Assembly (NCBI GenBank): GCA_002104945.1
Contig: MCFH01000034.1
Coordinates: forward strand, 310,001-374,000
DNA: 64,000 nucleotides
Origin: Piromyces finnis finn
Taxonomy: Eukaryota > Fungi > Neocallimastigomycota
Direction of reading: 5' to 3'
Below the pieces are notes generated by a model. The model was not told the DNA's origin. It did no database searches and worked only from the letters and a program-made list of their open reading frames with translations. The translations under genes and the position numbers were made by a program. Below are positions 39,837 to 55,348 of the stretch, in pieces. Position 1 is the stretch's first letter; every line of letters starts with the position of its first letter.

Positions 39837-41117
39837 TTAGTTGAATTTTTCAGACTTAGCTCTCTTCTTAATGTTATTCTTAGCCTTAACAGCAGTGCTC
39901 TTTCCAGTGGAAGCAGCCTTCTTGACATCTTGAGCAGCCTTTGGAGATGGCTTCTTACCCTTGTAGGTCTTCTTGAAGAAGCTAATGAATAAGAAGAGGT
40001 AAGAGGTAATAACAGCACAACCAATAATAGCCATAACTGGATCACCGTTACAGTTACCAAAGTTTGGAAGAGCTGGGAAGAAGTTGTAGGCAAAGTAAGT
40101 GTAAGTGGCACCGTAAATTAAGAAGATATCAATAACGAATTGAACAATTTGGAGGGTAGTAAGGTACTTCTTCCACCAAACTCTCTTCTTAATAATAGTG
40201 GTACGAGCGTAGTAGTAGTACATGATAACTATTTATACATTTATAAAAATTATTTAAAAATTACTATTTTTTTTATTCTTTTTTTTTTTTTTTTCAAATA
40301 ATTATTATTATAATTATATACAAAAATTAATTTTAAATATTTACCATGAACAAATAAGTTGATAGCAACTGGACCCCAAGTCTATGATTTAATAATATAT
40401 TTTTATTTTAAACATTATTATATTTAGTATTAAACTTTTATCATTTATAAAATATTTTCATGTTTTAAACTTTATTATTATCTACATACAATAGTGGCGT
40501 GACCATAAAGTTGACACCAGCAAATGAACATAGTCATACCGTGGTGGTAAAGATGAAGGAAATCTTTTATAAATAATTTTATTATATTTGACATTTTTAG
40601 TTCATTGTTTCTTTAAATTTAATATTTTTAAATATAATATTTAATTTATTTTTAATTTTTTTTACTACTTACCTAACTTCTTCTTCTTTAAAGCTAAGAA
40701 AATGGTATCAATGAATTCATAGTATTTAACTAAATAGTTACAGTAATATAAGACTTCAAGTCTTTGAGTGTAAGCTTCTTTAGCACAAACAGAATTAAGG
40801 AAACCATGTTTAACAGCAATTTGAATGATAAATTCAAAGATAGAGACACAAAGAACTAAAGAAATAAAACAAAGGAAACAGTTGTGAACAAAAGCAATTC
40901 CCTTTAATTGGAATGGCTTACGGTTCTTCATAAAAGTGTAAATTAAAAAGATAACAACATAGTATAAACAGAATAAGATAGCGACTTCCTTAAAGGTTGA
41001 AAGTGGGGTTTCACCAACAACAAATTTGAAGTTAGCTGGATCTTTACCAGTAACTAATTGTAATCCCTTTGCAAAATAAGGATAAACATATCCTTTAAGT
41101 TCGTATTCACCTTCCAT
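39837..41117 (-). CDS. ELO: ELO/GNS1-family fatty acid elongase
   Basis: Four exons. Motifs KYYEFIDTIFLALKKK, FLHLYHH (histidine box), NLFVHVIMYYYY, WWKKYLTTLQIVQF; Lys-rich C-terminus. Confidence 0.95.
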
Positions 41118-43905
41118 ATTGGTTTATTTACTAATTTGTTGATTTAAGAATTTTATTGATTTTATGTATTTTGATTTTATATTTATGTTGTTGTTTATTT
41201 ATATTTATTTATTTATTATATAAATATTGTAAATAAAATAAAAAAATAATATAAATTAGTATTTTTGATTAAACCATTTCTTTTTTATTTTTTTAATTTA
41301 TATTTTATATTTATTATAAAAACCAAGTTAATTCTCAGTTTTAAAGACTATTCATTTCAATGTGTATCTGATATTTACAATTTTTTTTTATAATAATAAC
41401 AATACTTTTTATCCTTTTTTATTTTTCTTTTTGTTTTGTTTTGTTTTTTTTTAATCTTTTTTTTTTTTATGTTTTCTTTTGATTTTTTTTAAAAGAAAAA
41501 AAAAAAAGTAACAGGCAAATTGTAATAAAAATATAAAATTTTATTTCTTTCCTTTTTTTTTTTTTTTTAATTAGTTAACTAAAAATAAATAAAGTATATT
41601 TATAATATACTGATTCTATATAATTTTATTAATACTTTTTATATAATTTAATATATGTATTATTTTTTTCTTGATAATGTAAATTATACAAGTAATATAA
41701 ATAATATTATTATAATATTAAATCATAATTATTATAAAAAATTAATTTATTGGAAATATACTTTAATAGAAATATAATATATTCCACAATATATTAAAAT
41801 AAAATAAATAATATATGAAATATAATGTAATATTATTATATATCTATTTTCAATTGAATTCAAAATTAAATTTAAAAGATCAGTAATTCCAATATATTAG
41901 ATTATATTATTTTTTTTGAAATAATAAAACTTAAATAAATGAATAAATAATTATTTAAATAAATAAATCAACTTTCATATAAATGATGATTTGTAAGTGA
42001 TGGTAAATTTAAATTCATTATATTTAAAAAAAGAAAATGGAAACCATTTCGTTATTCAATACTTAATAAAGTTATCATTTATCTTGTCCAATAACCATTT
42101 TTTTATTATTGTTATAATTAAGATGGTTTGTCGAAGAGTATGAGTGATTTAATAAGAAGTTGAAATTTAAGGTTTGATATAGCACGTGATTTTTAAACTG
42201 TCAATAATTAAGTTTTTTTTTTTTTAATGTAATTTACATATAAACATATTATCTATCTATATGATTTTATGAATAATATGAATATATATATATAAAAGGC
42301 AATACTACTGAGGGTAATTCATTGAAAGTCTTCTTTTAAGAAAGTCAATAAGCATTAAATTAATTATAAAAAATGCTTTTATTCTAATAAAAAAAAAGTA
42401 AATATTTTTTTTTATTATTTTTATTATCATAATATTTCATATGATTTTTTTTTTATTTCATTTATTTAGGTCATTATTAAATTTTAATTAAATTAAAATT
42501 TGAAACTGATCAATTTCTGTAAAGTGGATTACTACATTCTGTTACATAAATGATGGTATTATCCAATCATATAATCTAAAATGACTATATATATATATAC
42601 ATTTACATACATTAAACTTTTTTGAAAATTTAAAAAAAAAAAATTTAACAAGGATGATAGAAACCTATTTTTATAATAAATAAAAGATACTATTATAATT
42701 TTCACTTTTCTATATTTTGATTACAATTTGTTATATTAATAAATATAAAGGAATATAAAGGAATAAAAAGATAATCCTATTAACAATAAATTCATATTTA
42801 TTTAATTATTATATTTGGTAATTTATATTATATTGATATTTATTATAGATTTTTTTTAAAAAAAAAAAAAAGGTTTATATTGTATTTGTTACATTTTCCA
42901 TTTCATTTTATTGTATAATTGCTTTTGCTAACTCTTAGAATTATTCTAATTGATATGGTTTATTATGATTATTTGTATTATATAATGATATATTGGAATT
43001 TTCTATTCATTGAAAATATGCATTTGCAAATGAAAAATTATCAAAAGTTTAAAAAGTTTTGTGTTAAAATTTAAAAATATTTAATAGCAAAAGAGTTAAT
43101 GTTTTCATTTTTCTAAATAAAAATGAAAGAATAACAATAACAATAATAATAAAGGCGTATTTAATTCATTGTAATATATTTTTAATTATTCATTATCTAT
43201 AGAAGAAATAAAAAAGTATTATATGTATTTTAATGAAACTTTATTTTAAAAAGTTTTGTAATAATAATATGGTATATAATATACAACTATCATCTCTCTA
43301 TTTTATAATATTGTTTATTTTTTATTTCTCTTTTTTACTTCCTATTTAATTAATTAATCAAAGTTTAAAAATAAAATAATAAAACAAAAACAAAAACAAA
43401 TAAAATGGAAATATTGAAAATAAATTAAACTTTAAAGTTTAATTTTAGAGTTCGATGTTTTTTTTTTTTATTATTATTAATGTGTTAAAAAAAAAAATCT
43501 CAGCATTTAATAATTTTTTAAATAAAATGTTAAATTGTAAACTCTTTTTTCATTTATTGTAGATTAAAATAGTAATAGAAAAAAAAAGTAAAAATAATTA
43601 AAATAAAAAACTTTCAAAAAAAAAAATTGCCTGAAAAATCTTAAACATATTATTTGCATAAAACATTGCATAAATATTAATTAAAAAATTTAGATTCTTA
43701 TTTTTTAACTTTTTTTTTTTTTTATATCCATTACTTGTAATCGTGTTTATTAATAAAACGGGGAAAAAACAAATAAATACTTTTCTAAAGAAAAAAATAT
43801 ATAATTGAAAAAAATAATAGAAAAGTTTTTTTGTTATTGGAGTAATATATTAATTTAATTATATAAAGGAAAAAAAAAGAGAAAAGTAAGTATATTATTT
43901 TAAAA

Positions 43906-46358
<2,453 letters not shown>

Positions 46359-46797
46359 AACATTGTTATATTTTATCAGCTTTATAATTTATATCATCAA
46401 TTATTTTATAAAAATTTCTCCAATGTTGGTTTTAAATTATAATTTATTTTTTTTTAAAATGTAAATATTATAATGATATTATAATGGATATAAAAGTAAT
46501 ATGTATAGGGATATATTTTATATAAATAATGTAATAATTTGAAATTATTATTTCAAAGTAAAAGAAAGATTCCATATATATTAATTTAAATTTTATTTTA
46601 AAGCAAACTAAAAAAAGAAAAGAAAATATAATAAAATTAACTTAAGAACTATTTAAAAATAAAAATTATTATAATAATAAAATAATATTACAAATAAATT
46701 TTTTAAATTTTTATATATTTAAGCATTTTTTTTATTTCTATTTCAGTTTTTAGAATGAATTTAAAATTATATATTACATATAATTATTTTGTTGATC

Positions 46798-46957
46798 GAC
46801 TATTAAAAAAATACCCGCATTTATTGGAAAAGTTTTGAAAATAATCAAAATGAAAATAATTCAACAAGAGAATATTGACTTCCACATATATATCTACTAT
46901 AGCGATATCAATATCAATAATTATGAAATAGATATCATACCAAAAAATATATCTTAA
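46798..46957 (+). pseudogene. Probable degenerate LRR exon remnants
   Basis: TIKKIPAFIGKVLKII and tag|c-DININNYEIDIIPKNIS* resemble the upstream LRR exons but lack intact splice sites or end in a stop. Confidence 0.4.
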
Positions 46958-49815
46958 AATATTATTTATTATACTATACTATAATTCTTATAATATTGTA
47001 AATATTTTTAACTTTTTATTTTTTTAGAATGTTAAAGCCATTAATTTTAATGTTAATAATACAAGATATACAATGCGCCATAGCAACTTAAGAAATCTTG
47101 TGCACTAATTGACTATTATATTCATAAATATATGTATACACACATAAATCAATGTTAAAATATAAATTAAAAATATTACTAAATATAGTAAAAATACTTA
47201 ACCAATTTATAATAAAATAAAAAATATTACAAGAATATTTTTTTTTTTTTTTGGTTGAAAGTTTATTACAAAATGAGATACGTTTTATACTTTTATTAGT
47301 ATTTTAAATATTTTTATATTTTTTCATAATTATCCTTAATTCTTTCTTTTTTTACTTTTTCAACTTAAAAAAAAAATGAAGTTTCATCTCAAATGTGATG
47401 AGGATGCTGAATTATATGAAGTTCCAAAAAAGAATCTCAAAAGATATGTCTGTATTGTGAGTTCTGACATTGAAATAGATATACAAAAGAATACCAAAGT
47501 TGTGTTCTATACAATATTATGTAAGTACATATTGCAAAGTCTATAAAAAATATCAAATGTGTTTTTTCAAGATTTTTTGTAATAATATGTTCCAAAAAAA
47601 ATTCAACAGTTATTTAAATATATAATTCAATTCTACTTCACGACTTTTTTTTTTTTTTATCTTTTATTGTCATATATCCAAACTAAATTCATATTCTAAT
47701 AATACATTTTAATGCATTCTATATCCTCAATTATACATTACTTATTATGTAGTTTCCAAAAAATAATGCTTTTTTTCTTTTCGGAAATGAACTTAATAAT
47801 ACTAGTAATAAGGAATACTTTACTTCTTTTATAGTAGTCAATTGAATATTATAATATGAATAATATTTCATTAGTTATTTATTAAATTAAAAATAAATAA
47901 CCATTTTATATTGATGACTTGTTTTTTTATTTTTTTTTTATATCAAAAATTACTTTCATTCACACAGATTATTTAGAATAAGATATTATAGAGGGTGTAG
48001 AATCCCCGTATTTTGCCATTATTTTCAGTTTTGTAATACACTTTCAAAAAGTCGTATTGTTTGAGAATACTTTTCAAAATGAGTGATAAATTTTATCTAA
48101 ACTGATAGCAAATAAATATCGTGAGAGAAAGATGAAAAGAACTTTGAATAGAGTTGAAAAGTGACTTTATTTTCAGATAAAAATTAATAGACTTTGGTAT
48201 AAATTTTTAATATTTTACAATAAAAATTACTATAAAGAATAAAAATAAAATTATTTTAACTTTATTGACTTTTCTCCATAAGTATAATAAATTTCATTGA
48301 AAACAAATAAATGTTTTTTAGATAATACTACATTATTCATTAAATAATTTCAAAATATATATATTTTGAAAGGAAACACGTTATCTAAATTAGATACCAT
48401 GTTTTACATTATATTGAATAATTTTTTGTAAAATAAAAAAAAAAGGGTATACCTAAACAAAAACAAAAAAAGAATAATATTATGGATTAAATATTAATAT
48501 TACAATAAAATTAAATACATATAATGTTTAATTATTATGTTTAAAATTTTGTCAACATTTTAAATTAAAAATAACATATAACTTGAAAAATTAAATTATT
48601 GAATATTTTATTATTTATTAAAGTTTTTCTTGGAATTGATTAAAAAAAAAAAAATATTTCTAATTAACTGTTAATCATTTTCATTTTCTTTCTTAACTCT
48701 TTTTATTTATTAATATTAGTAAAAAGGAATAAATTACACTTATCTATTAAAAGTATAAATTAATCTATAAATAAAATAATATATTGAATTATAATGAAAA
48801 AATATTTTAAAATTATAGATTTTACTTTTTTTTTTAACCTTTTCTCTCTTTTCAGTTTGTAAATTAAAGAGTTCTTTTAATTGTATTATTTTAATAATAT
48901 ATTTATTTTATTTTATTTTATTTTATATATATAGATGGATTTATATTTAATATAATAAATTTATCTATTACAAAGATACAAAGATATAATGATAAATATA
49001 TATATATATTAAAAAGCATTCATCTATCTATTTTTGTACTTTATATATTTTTGTTTTATTTTTTTTTTTTTTTTTCTATCTTTTAAACTTTTATATTATA
49101 AATATTAACATACTATTAAAAATCATTAGTGTTTTATTTTTATTTATTTTATTTAATGGTATGGATAAATGTTAGGGTGGTAATTAGAAAAAAAAAATAT
49201 ATATATATATATATATAAAATAGTTGATTTCATTTTATGATTTGATCAATTGGGTAAATAATTTTTTTTTTTGGTTTTATTTTATTTTATTTTTTTTTTC
49301 TTTAATACTCAAATACAAAAAATATTGAAAGATATCAATTTTTTTTTTTTTTTTGTAAGTATAATAACTGGTGATTTAAACGGTATATTAATGATAATAA
49401 TGAAAGATTTTTATTTTAGTAAAAAGTAAAATAATAAAAATCTTGATATCTTTATGTTTATATAAAAGAAGGATATAAACATAATGTATACATGATGAGA
49501 GTAAGTTAAAAGTTTATATAATAGATATTTCTAAATAAATATAAAACGAATTACTTATTATTTTATTGTAAAAATGATTAATATGATTAATACGAATTAT
49601 TACTATTTCTATTATTATTTCTATATTTATTATTATTTATTATTATAGGTTATAAAAAAAACAATAGATTATTTTCCCTTAATTTAAATAATTTGGTATT
49701 ATGGTAATACATGGTAATGATAAAAACGAAAATTAAAAAGATAGTTTTTTTTTTTCTTTTCCCCTTTATTTCTTACCTTTCTATATATTTTTATTTGTCA
49801 ATTTTAAAATTTAAT

Positions 49816-52208
49816 TTAAATGACTTGAATGATAGATTTTGAGGTGTTTGGACGTAAACCTAACCAAGAATATATTTCTCTACGGAATTGGTAAAGGTTT
49901 TTCCAAAAGTTGAAATAAAGACGATAGCGATTTCTTGGATAAATTAAATGAGTTAAGAGAGTTACAGAAGCAAATAAAAATAAAATAGCGATGGAATCCT
50001 TGAATGGATTATAGTATTCAGGAAGACAAGTTCTAAGTGTATGTTGAACTAATGAGTTAATGTCTTCCCAAGACAATGAACCATTATTGGATTTATCGTA
50101 GAGAGTAGATTGATGTGATGATTGATGTGATGATGATGAAGATGATGATGAATAACCGAAATAAGTAGATTGATCATTCATATAATTCATTGCCGTTGGT
50201 GAAACTAACGTAGTGGAAGTGACAGATGACGAAGAAGAAGTATCAGTAGTTTGACTAACATTAACCATATCATTAGCTTCACTATTACTTTGTCCTGGGG
50301 ATCTTGATATATTTGTTGTATTAGTGATAAAAAATGACAAGTAATTGAAAGATGGGGGTATGTTATTTTCGTCTGAAAACTTTTTAATCCATCTACTTAA
50401 AATCAATTCAAAATATACACTTGTACAACGTATACGTCTAACATAAGCATAAAATGGCATAAGAATGTGACGTATTACACCATATATTATATATTTTACT
50501 GTCATTGGTGTCTTTTTTACCACCTTTTGTCCAGAAGTATTAATATTAGTTGTATCTTTTATACTTAATTTAATTGGATGATACGAAATATTTAATACTG
50601 GTTCATCTTCATATAAATAATTGGATTCTATATAAATTAAAATATTCATTGTTTAAATTATAAATATTGTATTAATGCTTTATCTCAATCCAATGTAAAT
50701 TTATATATATTGAAATTATAATTTTACCTTTATTAGGATAGATAGTTTCATTTTTCATAGATGATTCATTATTAAAGACTATTGGAGATATTGAAGAAGG
50801 AACATTAATTTCATTTGGTTTTTGGATAATCTCTTCAGTAATTTCTTCCATTTCATTTTCACTACTGTAAGCATCATACCATTTATCTTCATTATCAGCT
50901 TCATCACGTTTAGATATTTCAATATTTGAATTGTTGGTTGGAAGTAAATGTAATGGTATTGTTGTTGAGTTTTGTTTTTTTCCAAACTTTTCATATAATT
51001 TACATGTATGACAATTATACTTGTATGTATTATTTCCCCCGAATTCTTTTAAAATTTATAATATCAAAATTTATTATTATTATTATTGTTGTTGTTGTTG
51101 TTGCTGTTGTTAAAACTAAATAAGTTCTAATTTAAATAGATGACTAATGTACATATATATTATTTACTACTTACCAACTAATAGTTGATCAGAATCAATA
51201 TAATCGAATATTTCATTCTTCTTTAAAAATAACATATTTCTAGTAATTGATTCTGAAAGCATTTGTTTAACCATTCCCCATAAACCTGTTAATAAATATA
51301 TAAAACATTTTCGTTAATATTATACATTATTTTTAAATTTCCTTTAATTTTACTTTATATTTTTTATCATTTTAAGAAAATAATATTTACCAGCATGAAT
51401 CCATCGATAATTTAAAATATATACTGTTTCAACAATGAATGGATAATGATTTATAAAGATTTTTATTAAAGTTGGAAATATTTCATAATTCTAAAAAAAA
51501 AATAAAAAAATAGTTAATATTAAAAATGTAAAAAAAAAAAAAAAGTGTATTTCTACTATCATGTATCTTTACCAGAGTTGACATTTTTAAATTATCCAAA
51601 TCTAATATTATACTAAATTGGGTTTGAATATCCCAGTCATCAGAGTCATTCTTGTTATTGATAAATGAATTTTCAATACTATTTGGATTTTTTAGATTTT
51701 TATCTCTAATTAATTTCTGAGCCAATTCTAACATAAATATCATATATTTTTTCAAACTTTCGATATCGCCATTTCCATCATAATGATTTAAATTTATTAT
51801 ACCAATTGGTCTACCCATTTTATCGTGTCCACAAAAATAAATAAATCCATTTAACAAATAATTGTAGGCATTAGTATTCAATTCAAAAGTATCAAAAGTA
51901 TTATTAAAAACATCTTCAGAGAGCATCCAAGTTAAATGGTCAATTAAAGCTTCTTTTGTATCTGCAAATGAATATTTTGCCTTTTTATAAAATCGATATA
52001 TGCAAGCTATGTATATTATAAAATTTTAAATTTAATTTTTTAAAAAGTATTATCATTAAATTTATTTATATTTTTTAAATATACTACCTTCATCCATTAA
52101 AATTGTAGTAGATTTTAAAATGGATTTCTCTGATAAATTGGATTCATTTTTCAAATATGAAAAAACTTCTCGTTGTAAACGAATTACATCATTCTTGTAA
52201 TTTTCCAT
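49816..52208 (-). CDS. CRAL-TRIO/Sec14-like lipid-binding protein with long C-terminal extension
   Basis: ATG 52208. N-domain IYRFYKKAKYSFADTKEALIDHLTW; GHDKMGRPIGII; IILDLDNLKMSTL; HYPFIVETVYILN; DQLLVEFGG. Spliced to the 49816-50649 ORF through the acceptor tag|AATCC. Confidence 0.85.
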
Positions 52209-55200
52209 AATTTAATTAGATATTATATATTTTTTCTTTATTACTGATCTAAAATATTTATATTTTTATCTATTTACTAATTTTTTTTCTTTCACTTTCT
52301 TTTTTTATTACTATAATAATTATTTTAATTATTATTTATTTAAATATTTTTATATAATTAATTATATAATTAATATTAAAATTTTAAAAAGTTTTAAAAT
52401 AAATATTTACTTTTCCGAAAAATATTTGAATTTATAATATTTTATTATTTTAGTATTATCAATAGTTATTATATATTTTATATTTTCACTCCTCTTTAGT
52501 ATTTATTATTTTAGAGGAAATGCTCCAGTATATAAAGATTATTTTAAAATTTTAAAATATTAAGAAAATCTTATTTTTATTATTATACTGTGTATTTAAT
52601 AGGATAATAATATATTTCTACTTTAACTATATAAATTAAATTATATATCAATTATTTCTTTATGTTCTGTTTATTTTTATGTTCACTTAAAGTTTTTGAT
52701 AAATAATTAATATTAAAAAAAAAAAAGGCTTTTTGTTATATTATTATCGTATTGATTAATCTATTGTTTTTTTAATAATTTTTTCATTTCTTTTCGAAAC
52801 AATTATTTCATATATTTACTTTTTATATTTTATATATTATATATTTTCGTTTATTTTCTTTATTTTTTTTTTAATTTCTTTATTTCCTTATTATTATTTT
52901 TTTTATTATTTTATATTGATTAATATTTTCTGTTTATTTTTATTTATTGATATTCCTTTCTTTTATTTTAAATGTAACTTCTCCTAATGTTAATATTAAA
53001 TACTTTATTATAATTAATATTATCAAAATATATTTAATATTAAATTATGGATATCTTTTATTTTATATATTTAAATATTATTAAGAAGAAGGAATGTCTT
53101 CACTCTTTTCCTAATGATTTTATTAATTTAGTTTTGTTAATTTTTTTTTTTTTTTTTTTTTTATTATTTTACTTTATTTTTTGTTATTGAAACTATTTTA
53201 CTTTTGGCTTTTTTTTTTATTATTATTATTATTATTAAATTTACGTTACTATTAATTAATATTATGTTAAAATGAAAATATTAGAAATTAATTTTAATAT
53301 TACTCATTTATATTATAATATATAGTTTAATAAAAAAATATTTAATTAGTATTTATAATTCTATTTATATTATAAAAAAGAAATATATTATTTATATAAA
53401 ATGGATAATAGGAAGAGTATTATACCATATATTCTGAATATATTAATAATATATGAAATATAAATTTTTTAACATTTAAAATTGTCATAAACTTTAATTA
53501 ATATTAAAATATATCATTACTACATTACAACATTTTATTTACATAGTATAAAAATGTAGGTAGATTTACCAAGAAAGAAAGAATATTTGTAGCAGTTTTT
53601 TACTATATAAGGAGGGAACAAATCTATATTAGTATATATGATTTTGCCTGTACTAATAATAAAACGGCATTATTATTATCCTATTTCAAGCTAAAAAAAA
53701 TAAAAGATTAAAATGAATGTAGCCTTTTAAAAATAACTTATGAGATATTTAATTAACATTCCAATAGTTTATAAAATTATTAATATTTATAATTATCTTG
53801 TTTGTCTTATTGAAATAGATTGAAAAGATATTCCATTATCGTTAATCTTTGTACTTACTATATATAAAATATATTTTATAATAGTATGAATTAAAGCTTT
53901 TTAATTTTTGGCTTTACACCCTGATGATTTGTTAAAAGATTTTTTCTTCTTCATCTTTGTTATAAGTAATATTTTAATTTCATTAATTGTATGTTTGGAA
54001 ATATTAATATATAATAAATAAATAAATATTGTTTTAATTCATTTCAACTATTCTACCGACACTACCAATTAGATATTTTTACCTTTAAAAGTTTTATATA
54101 TTCAATAATAATGTCGATAATAGTATCTTTTAAGTAATTAGATTATATTTTTATTTTAAATATTTTATCCTCCAAAATTTGTAATATTAATATTTGAGTT
54201 AATGTTAATAAATTTTATTCAGGCATTACTCAAAGTTGTATTGAATTACAAATAATACTTTTGTATTTTTAAGGATAACCACCTATAATAAAAATATACA
54301 TATACCAAACCTAGAAACATTACTATAGAAATAATCGTTTTTTCTTTTATGATTACTTTTATTATAAAATAAAATTTTGGTGAAACAGAAAAAATTGATT
54401 AAATATTTTATGTGGCTTGATTTATAAATTCTGTATATTATATTTATTATATAATATTATAAATAGTTATAAATGTGGTGTAATATAATTTTTATATGTT
54501 TTATGGTAATTACATTTTTATTTTTTTATATTGATTAATCAGCTCTTATTTTAGTTGTTAAAATAAACAAAAATTTCAATATAAATTATTGTATTTATTA
54601 ATACTTTTATAAATCTGAAATTTTAAATCTGCTGTTTTAAAATTCTTTTAAAACAAAAAACTAAGACACAAGAAGCATTAACATTTAATTATAATTGTTA
54701 ATTAATAAAGTAAATATTATTTATTATTATAATTATAATATTTTGGATATTAATTAAATATTGGAATTTCGACTATAATTAAAGAAGCATTTAAAAAAAC
54801 ATAATTAATAAATAAAGAAAAAAAATCATTTTTATATATATCAAAATTTAAAACCAATGACAATAATTTGTGATGAAAAAGACAATATATAAATGCCGAT
54901 TTTCTATGTATAATTCTTCAAAGATATTAATATCTTATTAATAAATTATGCTATATTTTGAAAGACTAATAAAGAATCATTTGTAAACCATTAAATAAAT
55001 AATTAATCAGGAAATATAATTAAATTACAACATTGCCAATAATAATACGAAAATTGTATATACTTTTATATTCTTAACATATCAATTTATTATATTATAT
55101 TTTTTATTGAATAATAAATGTAATATAAATATATTATATATAAAAAAAATCTATAAATTATAGTAATTTACTTTTACACTATTCGAATGTTTAATAAATT

Positions 55201-55348
55201 GACACTTTTTTTTTTATTTTATTATTTATTTATTGATAATATTATATAATTTCTAAACTAATCTTTTCTTTTTTAAAATAAAAACAAATTAAATAGTTAA
55301 GTTACATATTACTAGATTTATGAAAAATATTAATAAAAAATAATTAAA

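Noticed and set aside
39824-40111. Alternative-frame minus ORF in the elongase last exon
   Set aside because: By-product of codon bias; the 39837-40223 frame carries the ELO motifs.
42181-42190. CACGTG E-box about 1 kb upstream of the elongase
   Set aside because: One 6-mer in 64 kb is about what chance gives; there is no supporting cluster.
50779-50994. Listed 71-aa minus ORF as a CRAL-TRIO exon
   Set aside because: Wrong frame; the spliced frame (EFGGNNTYKY...EDKWYDAYSSENE) continues from the preceding exon.
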